Shown here: positions 28,601-42,890 of the stretch, piece by piece
Position numbering within the stretch: the first letter of the stretch is position 1
Layout of the letters: each line of letters starts with the position of its first letter
Origin: the human T2T-CHM13v2.0 reference genome, Homo sapiens
NCBI RefSeq assembly: GCF_009914755.1
Contig: NC_060933.1
Length of the DNA stretch: 64,000 bases
Direction: 5' to 3' (one strand)
Notes under the pieces: generated by a model
What the model was told of the DNA's origin: nothing
The model's input: only the letters and a program-made list of their open reading frames with translations
The model's database searches: none
Position numbers and translations under genes: made by a program

Positions 28601-31600
28601 ACTCCCTTACTCTCCATTACATTCGATTCCATTCGGGTTGTTCCATTCCATTCCATTCCATTCCACTCCATTCCATTGCACTCGGGTTGATTCCATTACA
28701 TTCCATTCCATTCCGGAAGATTCCATTCCATTGCATTCCATTACATTCCATTCCCCTGCACTCGCGTTGATTCCATTCCTTTCCATTCCATTCCATTCCA
28801 TTCCATTCCGTTCCGTTCCATTCCATTCCATTCCATTCCGTTCCGTTCCATTCCATTCCATTCCATTCTATTCGGGTTAATTCCATTCCATTCCATTCCA
28901 TTGCAATCGTGTTGATTCCATTCCATTCCATTCCATTCCATTCCATTAAATTCCATTCCGTTCCGTTCCATTCCATTACATTCGGATTGATTCTATTCAA
29001 CTCCCTTACTCTCCATTACATTCCATTCCATTCGGGTTGTTCCATTCCATTGCATTCCATTCCACTCCATTCCATTGCACTCGGGTTTATTCCATTCCAT
29101 TCCATTCCATTCCATTCCGGAAGATTCCATTCCATTGCATTCCATTCCATTCCATTCCCCAGCACTCGAATTGATTCCATTCCATTCCATTCCATTCCAT
29201 TCCATTCCATTCCATTCCGTTCCGTTCCATTCCATTCCATTCCATTCTATTCTGGTTAATTCCATTCCATTCCATTCGATTCCATTCCATTCCATTCCAT
29301 TCCATTCCATTGCAATCGAGTTGATTCCATTCCATTCCATTCCATTCCGTTCCGGATGATTCCATTCCATTCCATTCCATTCCATTCCATTCCATTCCAT
29401 TCCATTCCCCTGCAGTCAGGTTGATTCCATTCCATTCCATTCCATTCCATTCCATTCCATTCCATTCCATTCCGTTCAATTCCATTCCATTCCATTCTAT
29501 TCGGGTTAATTCCATTCCATTCCATTCCATTCCATTCTATTCGGGTTAATTCCATTCCATTCCATTCCATTCCATTCCATTCCATTGTATTCCATTCCAT
29601 TGCAATCGAGTTGAATCCATAGAATTTCATTCCATTCCATTCCATTTCATTCCATTCCATTCCGTTCCGGAAGATTCCATTCCATTGCATTCCATTCCAT
29701 TCCATTCCCCTGCACTCGCGTTGATTACATTCCATTCCATTCCATTCCATTCCGTTCCGTTCCGTTCCGTTCCATTCCATTCCATTCCATTCCATTCCGT
29801 TCCGTTCCATTCCATTCCATTCCATTCTATTCGGGTTAATTCCATTCCATTCCATTCGATTGCAATCGTGTTGATTCCATTCCATTCCATTCCATTCCAT
29901 TCCATTCCATTCCTTTCCATTCCATTACGGATGATTCCATTCCATTGCATTCCATTCCATTCCATTCCATTCCCCTGTACTCGGTTTGATTCCATTCCAT
30001 TGCATTCCAATCCATGCCATTCCACTCGTGTTGATTCCATTCTTTCCATTCCGTTCAAGTTGAATCCATTCCATTGCATTCCATTCCATTCGATTCCATT
30101 CGATTTCACTCGGGTTGATTCCATTCCATTGCATTCCATTCCATTCCATTCCATTCCATTCCGTTCCATTCCATTCCGTTCCATTCCATTCCATTACATT
30201 CGGATTGATTCTATTCAACTCCCTTACTCTCCATTACATTCGATTCCATTCGGGTTGTTCCATTCCATTCCATTCCATTCCACTCCATTCCATTGCACTC
30301 GGGTTGATTCCATTACATTCCATTCCATTCCGGAAGATTCCATTCCATTGCATTCCATTACATTCCATTCCCCTGCACTCGCGTTGATTCCATTCCTTTC
30401 CATTCCATTCCATTCCATTCCATTCCGTTCCGTTCCATTCCATTCCATTCCATTCCGTTCCGTTCCATTCCATTCCATTCCATTCTATTCGGGTTAATTC
30501 CATTCCATTCCATTCCATTGCAATCGTGTTGATTCCATTCCATTCCATTCCATTCCATTCCATTAAATTCCATTCCGTTCCGTTCCATTCCATTACATTC
30601 GGATTGATTCTATTCAACTCCCTTACTCTCCATTACATTCCATTCCATTCGGGTTGTTCCATTCCATTGCATTCCATTCCACTCCATTCCATTGCACTCG
30701 GGTTTATTCCATTCCATTCCATTCCATTCCATTCCGGAAGATTCCATTCCATTGCATTCCATTCCATTCCATTCCCCTGCACTCGCGTTGATTCCACTCC
30801 ATTCCATTCCATTCCATTCCATTCCATTCCATTCCATTCCATTCCATTCCTTTCCGTTCCATTGCATTCCATTCCATTCCATTCCATTCCATTCCGTTCC
30901 GTTCCGTTCCATTCTATTCCATTCCATTCTATTCGGGTTAATTCCATTCCATTCCATTCGATTGCAATCGAGTTGATTCCATTCCATTCCATTCCATTCC
31001 ATTCCATTCCTTTCCATTCCATTACCGATGATTCCATTCCATTGCATTCCATTCCATTCCATTCCCCTGTACTCGGGTTGATTCCATTCCATTCCATTCC
31101 ATTCCATTCAATTCCATTCCATTCCGGAAGATTCCATTCCATTGCATTCCATTCCATTCAATTCCCCTGCACTCGCGTTGATTCCATTCCATTCCATTCC
31201 ATTCCATTCCATTCCATTCCATTCCATTCCATTCCTTTCCGTTCCATTCCATTCCATTCCATTCCATTCCATTCCATTCCGTTCCGTTCCGTTCCATTCC
31301 ATTCCATTCCATTCTATTCGGGTTAATTCCATTCCATTCCATTCGATTGAAATCGAGTTGATTCCATTCCATTCTATTCCATTCCATTGCATTCCATTCC
31401 ATTCCATTCCATTCCTTTCCATTCCATTACGGATGATTCCATTCCATTGCATTCCATTCCATTCCATTCCCCTGTACTCGGGTTGATTCCATTCCATTCC
31501 ATTCCAATCCATGCAATTCCACTCGTGTTGATTCCATTCTTTCCATTCCATTCAAGTTGAATCCATTCCATTACATTCCATTCCATTCGATTCCATTCGA

Positions 31601-32765
31601 TTGCACTCGGGTTGATTCCATTCCATTGCATTCCATTCCATTCCATTCCATTCCATTCCATTTCATTCCATTCCGTTCCATTCCATTCCATTACATTCGG
31701 ATTGATTCTATTCAATTCCCTTACACTCCATTACATTCCATTCCATTCGGGTAGTTTCCATTCCATTCCATTCCATTCCTCTCCATTCCATTGCACTCGG
31801 GTTGATTCCATTCCATTGCATTCCATTCCATTCCATTCAATTCCATTCCGTTCCATTCCATTCCATTACATTCGTATTGATTCTATTCAACTGCCTTACT
31901 CTCCATTACATTCCATTCCATTCGGGTTGTTCCATTCCATTCCATTCCATTCCACCCCATTCCATTGCACTCGGGTTTATTCCATTCCATTCCATTCCAT
32001 TCTATTCCATTCCATTCCATTCCACTCCGGATGATTCCGTTCCATTGCATTCCGTTCCATTACATTCCCCTGCACTCGGGTTGATTCCATTCCATTCCAT
32101 TCCATTCCATTCCATTCTATTCCATTCCATTCCAATTCTTTCCATTCCATTCTATTCCGTACCATTCCATTCCATTCCATACAATTCCATTCCATTCCAT
32201 TCCACTCCGTTCCGTTCCGTTCCGTTCTGTTCCGTTCCATTCCATTCCATTCCATTCTATTCGGTTTAATTCCATTCCATTCCATTCCATTCTATTCCAT
32301 TCCATTGCAATCGAGTTGAATCCATTGCATTCCATTCCATTCCATTCCATTCCATTCCTTTCCATTCCATTCCGGAAGATTCCATTCCATTGCATTCCAT
32401 TCCATTCCATTCCATTCCATTCCATTCCATTCCATTCCATTGTACTCGGGTTGATTCCATTCCATTGCATTCCATTCCATTCCATTCCATTTCATTCCAT
32501 TCCATTCCGTTCCATTCCATTCCATTACATTCGGATTTATTCTTTTCAACTCCCTTACTCTCCATTACATTACATTCCATTCTGGTTGTTCCATTCCATT
32601 CCATTCCATTCCACTCCATTCCATTGCACTCGGGTTGATTCCATTCCATTCCATTCCATTCCATTCCGGATCATTCCATTCCATTGCATTCCGTTCCATT
32701 ACATTCCCCTGCACTCGGGTTTATTCCATTCCATTCCTTTCCATTCCATTCGATTCCATTCCATT
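22537..32765 (+). repeat. Recent tandem duplication, 2 x 5101 bp (22537-27637 / 27638-32738)
   Basis: Identical ORF pairs are offset by 5101 throughout (22688/27789, 24584/29685, 26701/31802, 27289/32390). The junction lies in a 27-bp shared stretch at 27638-27664. Confidence 0.93.
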
Positions 32766-35700
32766 ACCCTGCACTCGCGTTAATTCCATTCCATTCCATT
32801 CCATTCCATTCCATTCCATTCCATTCCATTGTACTCGGGTTGATTCAATTCCATTGCCTTCCATTCCATTCCATTCCATTCCATTCCATTCCATTCCATT
32901 CCATTCCGTTGCATTCCATTCCATTACATTCGGATTGATTCTGTTCAACTCCCTTACTCTCCATTACATTCCATTCCATTCGGGTTGTTCCATTCCATTC
33001 CATTCCATTCCACTCCATTCCATTGCACTCGGGTTCATTCCATTCCATTCCATTCCATTCCATTCCATTCCATTCCGGATGATTCCATTCGATTGCATTC
33101 CGTTCCATTACATTCCCCTGCACTCGCGTTGATTCCATTCCATTCCATTCCATTCCATTCAATTCCATTCCATTACAATTCGTTCCATTCCATTCTATTC
33201 CGTACCATTCCATTCCATTCCATACCATTCCATTCCATTCCATTCCATTCCATTCCGTCCCATTCCGTTCCATTCCATTCCATTCCATTCTATTCGGATT
33301 AATTCCATTCCATTCAATTCCATTCCATTCTATTCGGATTAATTCCATTCCATTCCATTCCATTCCATTCCATTCGATTCCAATTCTTTCCATTCCATTC
33401 TATTCCGTAACATTCCATTCCATTCCATACAATTCCATTCCATTCCATTCCACTCCGTTCCGTTCCGTTCCGTTCCGTTCCATTCCATTCCATTCCATTC
33501 TATTCGGTTTAATTCCATTCCATTCCATGCCATTCCATTCTATTCCATTCCATTGCAATCGAGTTGAATCCATTGCATTCCATTCCATTCCATTCCATTC
33601 CATTCCATTCCATTCCGGAAGATTCCATTCCATTGCATTCCATTCCATTCCATTCCATTCCATTCCATTCCATTCCATTCCATTCCATTGTACTCGGGTT
33701 GATTCCATTCCATTGCATTCCATTCCATACCATTCCATTCCATTCCATTCCGTTCCATTCCATTCCATTACATTCGGATTGATTCTTTTCAACTCCCTTA
33801 CTCTCCATTACATTCCATTCCATTCGGGTTGTTCCATTCCATTCCATTCCATTCCACTCCATTCCATTGCACTCGGGTTGATTCCATTCCATTCCATTCC
33901 ATTTTATTCTGGATGATTCCATTCCGTTGCATTCCGTTCCATTACATTCCCCTGCACTCGGGTTGATTCCATTCCATTCCATTCCATTCCAATCGATTCC
34001 ATTCCATTCCCCTGCACTCGCGTTGATTCCATTCCATTCCATTCCATTCCATTCCATTCCTTTCCATTCCAATCCTTTCCATTCCATTCCACTCGGGTTG
34101 ATTCCATTCTATTAGTTTCCATTCCATTCCATTCCCTTCCATTCCACTCTGGTTGATTCCATTCCTTTCCATTCCACTCGAATACATTCCCTCCTATTCC
34201 ACTCGGAACGATTCCACTCCATTCCATTCCATTGCATTCCTTTCCATTCCATTTCGTTCCATTCCATTCTATTCCGTATCATTCCATTCCATTCCATTCC
34301 ATTACATTCCATTCCATTCCATTCCACTCGTATTGATTCCATTACTTTCCATTCCATTCGGTTTGAAGGCATTCCATTCCATTCCATTCCATTCCATTCC
34401 ATTCCATTCCATTCCATTGTACTCGGGTTGATTCCATTCCATTGCATTCCATTCCATTCCATTCAATTCCTTTCCATTCCGTTGCATTCCATTCCATTAC
34501 ATTCGGATTGATTCTATTCAACTCCCTTACTCTCCATTCCATTCCATTCCATTCGGGTTGTTCCATTCCATTCCATTCCATTCCACTCCACTCCATTGCA
34601 CTCGGGTTGATTCCATTCCATTCCATTCCATTCCATTCCATTCCAGATGATTCCATTCCATTGCATTACGTTCCATTACATTCCCCTGCACTCGCGTTGA
34701 TTCCATTCCATTCCATTCCATTCCATTCAATTCCATTCCATTACAATTCGTTCCATTCCATTCTATTCCGTACCATTCCATTCCATTCCATACCATTCCA
34801 TTCCATTCCATTCCATTCCATTCCATTCCATTCCGTTCCATTCCGTTCCATGACATTCCATTCCATTCTATTCGGGTTAATTCCATTCCATTCCATTCCA
34901 TTCCATTCCATTCCATTCCATTCCATTCTATTCCATTCCATTGCAATCGAGTTGAATCCATTGCATTTCATGCCATTCCATTCCATTCCATTCCATTCCA
35001 TTCCGGAAGATTCCATTCCATTGCATTCCATTCCATTCCATTCCCCTGCACTCGCGTTGATTCCATTCCATTCCTTTCCATTCCATTCCATTCCATTCCG
35101 TTCCGTTCCATTCCATTCCATTCCATTACGTTCCGTTCCATTCCATTCCATTCCATTCTATTCGGGTTAATTCCATTCCATTCCATTCGATTGCAATCGA
35201 GTTGATTCCATTCCATTCCATTCCATTCCATTCCATTCCATTCCTTTCCATTCCATTACGGATGATTCCATTCCATTGCATTCCATTCCATTCCATTCCC
35301 CTGTACTCGGGTTGATTCCATTCCATTCCATTCCAATCCATGCCATTCCACTCGTGTTGATTCCATTCTTTCCATTCCATTCAAGTTGAATCCATTCCAT
35401 TGCATTCCATTCCATTGGATTCCATTCGATTGCACTAGGGTTGATTCCATTCCATTGCATTCCATTCCATTCCATTCCATTCCATTCCGTTCCATTCCAT
35501 TCCATTACATTCGGATTGATTCTATTCAATTCCCTTACACTCCATTACATTCCATTCCATTCGGGTAGTTTCCATTCCATTCCATTCCATTCCTCTCCTT
35601 TCCATTGCACTCGGGTTGATTCCATTCCAATGCATTCCATTCCATTCCATTCAATTCCATTCCGTTCTATTCCATTCCATTATGTTCGGATTGATTCTAT

Positions 35701-38700
35701 TCAACTCCGTTACTCTCCATTCCATTCCATTCCATTCGGGTTGTTCCATTCCATTCCATTCCATTCCACTCCATTCCATTGCACTCGGGCTGATTCCATT
35801 CCATTCCATTCCATTCCATTCCATTTCATTCCATTCCGGAAGATTCCATTCCATTGCATTCCATTCCATTCCATTCCCCTGCACTCACGTTTATTCCATT
35901 CCATTCCATTCTATTCCATTCCATTCCCTTCCTTTCCGTTCCATTCCATTCCCTTCCATTCCATTCCATTCCGTTCCGTTCCATTCCATTCCATTCCATT
36001 CTATTCGGTTAATTCCATTCCATTCCTTTCGATTGCAATCGAGTTGATTCCATTCCATTCCATTCCATTCCATTCCATTCCATTCCTTTCCATTCCATTA
36101 TGGATGATTCCATTCCATTGCATTCCATTCCATTCCTTTCCCCTGTACTCGGGTTGATTCCATTCCATTCCATTCCAATCCATGCCATTCCACTCGTGTT
36201 GATTCCATTCTTTCCATTCCATTCAAGTTGAATCCATTCCATTGCATTCCATTCTATTCGATTCCATTCGATTGCACTCAGGTTGATTCCATTCCATTGC
36301 ATTCCATTCCATTCCATTCCATTCCATTCCGTTCCCTTCCATTTCATTACATTCAGATTTATTCTATTCAATTCCCTTACACTCCGTTATATTCCAATCC
36401 ATTCTGGTTGTTTCCATTCCATGCCATTCCATTTCACTCCATTCCATTGCACTCGGGTTGATTCCATTCCATTCCATTCCATTGCATTCCATTCCGTTCC
36501 ATTCCATTCCATTACATTCGTATTGATTCTATTCAACTCCCTTACTCTCCATTACATTCCATTCCATTCGGGTTGTTCCATTCCATTCCATTCCATTCCA
36601 CTCCATTCCATTGCACTCGGGTTTATTACATTCCATTCCATTCCATTCCATTCCATTCCATTCCATTCCATTCCGGAAGATTCCATTCCATTGCATTCCA
36701 TTCCATTCCATTCCCCTGCACTCGCGTTGATTCCATTCCATTCCATTCCATTCCTTTCCGTTCCATTCCATTCTATTCCATTGCATTCCAATCCATTCCA
36801 TTCCGTTCCGTTCCGTTCCACTCCATTCCATTCCATTCTATTCGGGTTAATTCCATTCCATTCCATTCCATTGCAATCGAGTTGATTCCATTCCATTCTA
36901 TTCCATTCCATTCCATTCCATTCCATTCCTTTCCATTCCATTACGGATGATTCCTTTCCATTGCATTCCATTCCATTCCATTCCCCTGTACTCGGGTTGA
37001 TTCCATTCCATTCCATTCCAATCCATGCCATTCCACTCGTGTTGATTCCATTCTTTCCATTCCATTCAAGTTGAATCCATTCCATTGCATTCCATTCCAT
37101 TCCATTCCCCTGCAGTCGGGTTGTTTCCATTCCATTCCATTCCATTCCATTCCATTCCGTTCCTTTCCATTCCATTCCATTCCATTCTATTCGGGTTAAT
37201 TCCATTGCATTCCATTCCATTCCATTCCAATCGAGTTGATTCCATTCCATTCCATTCCATTCCATTCCACTCCATTCCAGTCCTTTCCATTCCATTCCAC
37301 TCGGGTTGATTCCAATGTATTCCTTTCCATTCCATTCCATTCCATTGCAATCGAGTTGATTCCATTGCTTTGCATTCCATTCCATTCCATTCCATTCCGG
37401 ATGATTCCATTCCATTGCATTCCATTCCATTCCATTCCCCTGCACTCGGGTTGATTCCATTCCATTCCACTCCATTCCGTTCCATTCCATTCCATTCCAT
37501 TGTATTCGGGTTAATTCCATTCCATTCCATTACATTCCATTCCATTACAATCGAGTTGATTCCATTCCATTCCAATCCATTCCAGTCCTTTGCATTCCAT
37601 TCCACTCGGGTTGATTCCATTCTATTAGTTTCCATTCCATTCCATTCCCTACCATTCCACTCTGGTTGATTCCATTCCTTTCCATTCCACTGGAATTCAT
37701 TCCCTCCTATTCCACTCGGAACGAGTCCATTTCATTACATTTCATTCCATTCCATTCCATTCCATTCCATTCCATTGTACTCGGGTTGATTCAATTCCAT
37801 TGCATTCCATTCCATTCCATTCCGTTGCATTCCATTCCATTACATTCGGATTGATTCTATTCAACTCCCTTACTCTCCATTACGTTCCATTCCATTCGGG
37901 TTTTTCCATTCCATTCCATTCCATTCCACTCCATTCCATTGCACTCGGGTTGATTCCATTCCATTCCATTCCATTCCATTCCATTCCGGATGATTCCATT
38001 CCATTGCATTCCGATCCATTACATTCCCCTGCACTCGCGTTGATTCCATTCCATTCCATTCCATTCCATTCAATTCCACTCCATTACAATTCGTTCCATT
38101 CCATTCTATTCCGTACCATTCCATTCCATTCCATACCATTCCATTCCATTCCATTCCATTCCATTCCATTCCGTTCCATTCCGTTCCATTCCATTCCATT
38201 CCATTCTATTCAGATTAATTCCATTCCATTCCATTCCATTCCATTCTATTCCATTCCATTGCAATCGAGTTGAATCCATTGCATTTCATTCCATTCCATT
38301 CCATTCCATTCCATTCCGGAAGATTCCATTCCATTGCATTCCATTCCATTCCATTCCCCTGCACTCGCGTTGATTCCATTCCATTCCATTCCATTCCATT
38401 CCATTCCATTCCGTTCCGTTCCATTCCATTCCATTCCATTCCTTTCCGTTCCGTTCCATTCCATTCCATTCCATTCTATTCGGGTTAATTCCATTCCATT
38501 CCATTCGATTTCAATCGAGTTGATTCCATTCCATTCCATTCCATTGCATTCCATTCCATGCCATTCCACTCGGGTTGATTCCATTCCTTTGCATTCCATT
38601 CCATTCCATTCCATTCCATTCCATTCCATTCAATGCCATTCCGTTCCATTCCATTCCATTACATTCGGATTGATTCTATTCAACTCCCTTACTCTCCAGT

Positions 38701-41700
38701 ACATTCCATTCCATTCGGGTTGTTCCATTCCATTCCATTCCATTCCACTCCATTCCATTGCACTCGGGTTGGTTCCATTCCATTCCACTCCATTCCATTC
38801 CATTCCATTCTGGAAGATTCCATTCCATTGCATTCCATTCCATTCCATTCCCCTGCACTCGCGTTGATTCCATTCCATTCCATTCTATTCCATTCCATTC
38901 CCTTCCTTCCCGTTCCATTCCATTCCATTCCATTCCATTCCATTCCGTTCCGTTCCATTCCATTCCATTCCATTCCTCTCCATTCCATTGAACTCGGGTT
39001 GATTCCATTCCATTGCATTCCATTCCATTCCATTCAATTCCATTCCGTTCCATTCCATTCCATTACATTCGTATTGATTCTATTCAACTCCCTTACTCTC
39101 CATTACATTCCATTCCATTCGGGTTGTTCCATTCCATTCCATTCCATTCCACTCCATTCCATTGCACTCGGGTTTATTCCATTCCATTCCATTCCATTCC
39201 ATTCCATTCCATTCCATTCCATTCCGGAAGATTCCATTCCATTGCATTCCATTCCATTCCATTCCCCTGCACTCGCGTTGATTCCACTCCATTCCATTCC
39301 ATTCCATTCCATTCCATTCCATTCCTTTCCGTTGCATTCCATTCCATTCCATTCCATTCCAATCCATTCCATTCCGTTCCGTTCCGTTCCATTCCATTCC
39401 ATTCCATTCTATTCGGGTTAATTCCATTCCATTCCATTCGATTGCAATCGCGTTGATTCCATTCCATTCCATTCCATTCCATTCCCTTCCATTCCATTCT
39501 TTTCCATTCCATTACGGATGATTCCATTCCATTGCATTCCATTCCATTCCATTCCCCTGTACTCGGGTTGATTCCATTCCATTCCATTCCAATCCATGCC
39601 ATTCCACTCGTGTTGATTCCATTCTTTCCATTCCATTCAAGTTGAATCCATTCCATTGCATTCCATTCCATTCCATTCCCCTGCAGTCGGGTTGTTTCCA
39701 TTCCATTCCATTCCATTCCATTCCATTCCATTCCATTCCGTTCCGTTCCGTTCCATTCCATTCCATTCCATTCCATTCCATTCTATTCGGGTTAATTCCA
39801 TTCCATTCCATTCCATTCCATTCCATTCCATTCCATTCCATTTCAATCGAGTTGATTCCATTCCATTCCATTCCATTCCATTCCACTGCATTCCAGTCCT
39901 TTCCATTCCATTCCACTCGGGTTGATTCCAATGTATTCCTTTCCATTCCATTCCATTCCTTTCCATTGCAATCGAGTTGAATCCATTGCTTTGCATTCCA
40001 TTCCATTCCATTCCATTCCGGATGATTCCATTCCATTGCATTCCATTCCATTCCATTCCCGTGCACTCGGGTTGATTCCATTCCATTCCACTCCATTCCG
40101 TTCCATTCCATTCCATTGCATTGTATTCGGGTTAATTCCATTCCATTCCATTCCATTCCATTCCATTCCATTACAATCGACTTGATTCCATTCCATTCCA
40201 TTCCATTGCAGTCCTTTCCATTCCATTCCTCTCGGGTTGATTCCATTCTATTAGTTTCCATTCCATTCCATTCCCTTCCATTCCACTCTGGTTGATTCCA
40301 TTCCTTTCCATTCCACTCGAATACATTCCCTCCTATTCCACTCGGAACGATTCCATTCCATTCCATTCCATTCCATACCATTCCATTCCATTCCATTCCA
40401 TTTCGTTCCATTCCATTCTATTCCGTATCATTCCATTCCATTTCATTCCATTCCATTCCATTCCATTCCATTCCATTGTACTCGGGTTGATTCAATTCCA
40501 TTGCATTCCATTCCATTCCATTCCATTCCATTCCGTTGCATTCCATTCCATTACATTCGGATTGATTCTATTCAACTCCCTTACTCTCCATTCCATTCCA
40601 TTCCATTCGGGTTGTTCCATTCCATTCCATTCCATTCCACTCCATTCCATTGCACTCGGGTTGATTCCATTCCATTCCATTCCATTCCATTCCATTCCAT
40701 TCCATTCCGGATGATTCCATTCCATTGCATTCCGTTCCATTACATTCCCCTGCACTCGCGTTGATTCCATTCCATTCCATTCCATTCCATTCAATTGCAT
40801 TCCATTACAATTCGTTCCATTCCATTCTATTCCGTACCATTCCATTCCATTCCATACCATTCCATTCCATTCCATTCCATTCCATTCCATTCCGTTCCAT
40901 TCCGTTCCATTCCATTCCATTCCATTCTATTTGAATTAATTCCATTCCATTCCATTCCATTCCATTCTATTCCATTCCATTGCAATCGAGTTGTATCCAT
41001 TGCATTTCATTCCATTCCATTGCATTCCATTCCATTCTGGAAGATTCCATTCCATTGCATTCCATTCCATTCCATTCCCCTGCACTCGCGTTGATTCCAT
41101 TTCATTCCATTCCATTCCATTCCATTCCATTCCATTCCGTTCCGTTCCATTCCATTCTATTCGCGTTAATTCCATTCCATTCCATTCGATTGCAATCGAG
41201 TTGATTCCATTCCATTCCATTCCATTCCATTCCATTCCATTCCATTCCATTCCTTTCCATTCCATTACGGATGATTCCATTCCATTGCATTCCATTCCAT
41301 TCCATTCCCCTGTACTCGGGTTGATTCCATTCCATTCCATTCCAATCCATGCCATTCCACTCGTGTTGATTCCATTCTTTCCATTCCATTCCTGTTGAAT
41401 CCATTCCATTGCATTCCATTCCATTCGATTCCATTCGATTGCACTCGGGTTGATTCCATTCCATTGCATTCCATTCCATTCCATTCCATTCCATTCCATT
41501 CCATTCCATACCCTTTCATTACATTCAGATTGATTCTATTCAATTCCCTTAGACTCCATTATATTCCAATCCATTCTGGTTGTCTCCATTCCATTCCATT
41601 CCATTTCACTCCATTCCATTGCAATCGGGTTGATTCCATTCCATTCCATTCCATTGCATTCCATTCCATTCCATTCCGGATGATTCCATTCCATTGCATT

Positions 41701-42890
41701 CCATTCCATTCCATTCCCCTGCACTCGGGTTGATTCCATTCCATTCCATTACATTACATTCCGTTCCATTCCATTCCATTCCATTCGGATTGATTCTATT
41801 CAATTCCCTTACACTCCATTCCATTCCATTCCATTCGGGTAGTTTCCATTGCATTCCATTCCATTCCTCTCCATTCCATTGCACTCGGGTTGATTCCATT
41901 CCATTCCATTCCATTCCATTCCATTCCATTCCATTCGGGATGATTCCATTCCATTGCATTCCGTTCCATTACATTCCCCTGCACTCAGGTTGATTCCATT
42001 CCATTCCATTCCATTCCATTCCATTCCATTCCATTCCAATTCTTTCCATTCCATTCTATTCCGTACCATTCCATTCCATTCCATACAATTCCATTCCATT
42101 CCATTCCACTCCGTTCCGTTCCGTTCTGTTCCGTTCCATTACATTCCATTCCATTCTATTCGGTTTAATTCCATTCCATTCCATTCCATTCCATTCCATT
42201 CTATTCCATTCCATTGCAATCGATTTGAATCTATTGCATTCCATTCCATTCCATTCCATTCCATTCCATTCCATTCCATTCCGGAAGATTCCATGCCATT
42301 CCATTCCATTCCATTCCATTCCATTATACTCGGGTTGATTCCAATCCATTGCATTCCATTCCATTCCATTCCATTCCATTCCATTCCATTCCGTTCCATT
42401 CCATTCCATTACATTCGGATTGATTCTTTTCAACTCCCTTACTCTCCATTACATTCCATTCCGTTCGGGTTGTTCCATTCCATTCCATTCTATTCCACTC
42501 CATTCCATTGCACTCGGGTTGATTCCATTCCATTCCATTCCATTCGATTCCATTCCATTCGTTTCTTTTCCATTCCATTACGGATGATTCCATTCCTTTG
42601 CATTCCATTCCATTCCATTCCCCTGTACTCGGGTTGATTCCATTCCATTCCATTCCAATCCATGCCATTCAACTGCTGTTGATTCCATTCTTTCCTTTCC
42701 ATTAAAGTTGAATCCATTCCATTGCATTCCATTCCATTCGATTCCATTCGATTGCACTCGGGTTGATTCCATTCCATTGCATTCCATTCCATTCCATTTC
42801 ATTCCATTCCATTCCTTTCCATTCCATTCCATTCCATTCCATTCCATTGCAATCGAGTTGATTCCATTCCATTCCTTTCCATTCCATTCC

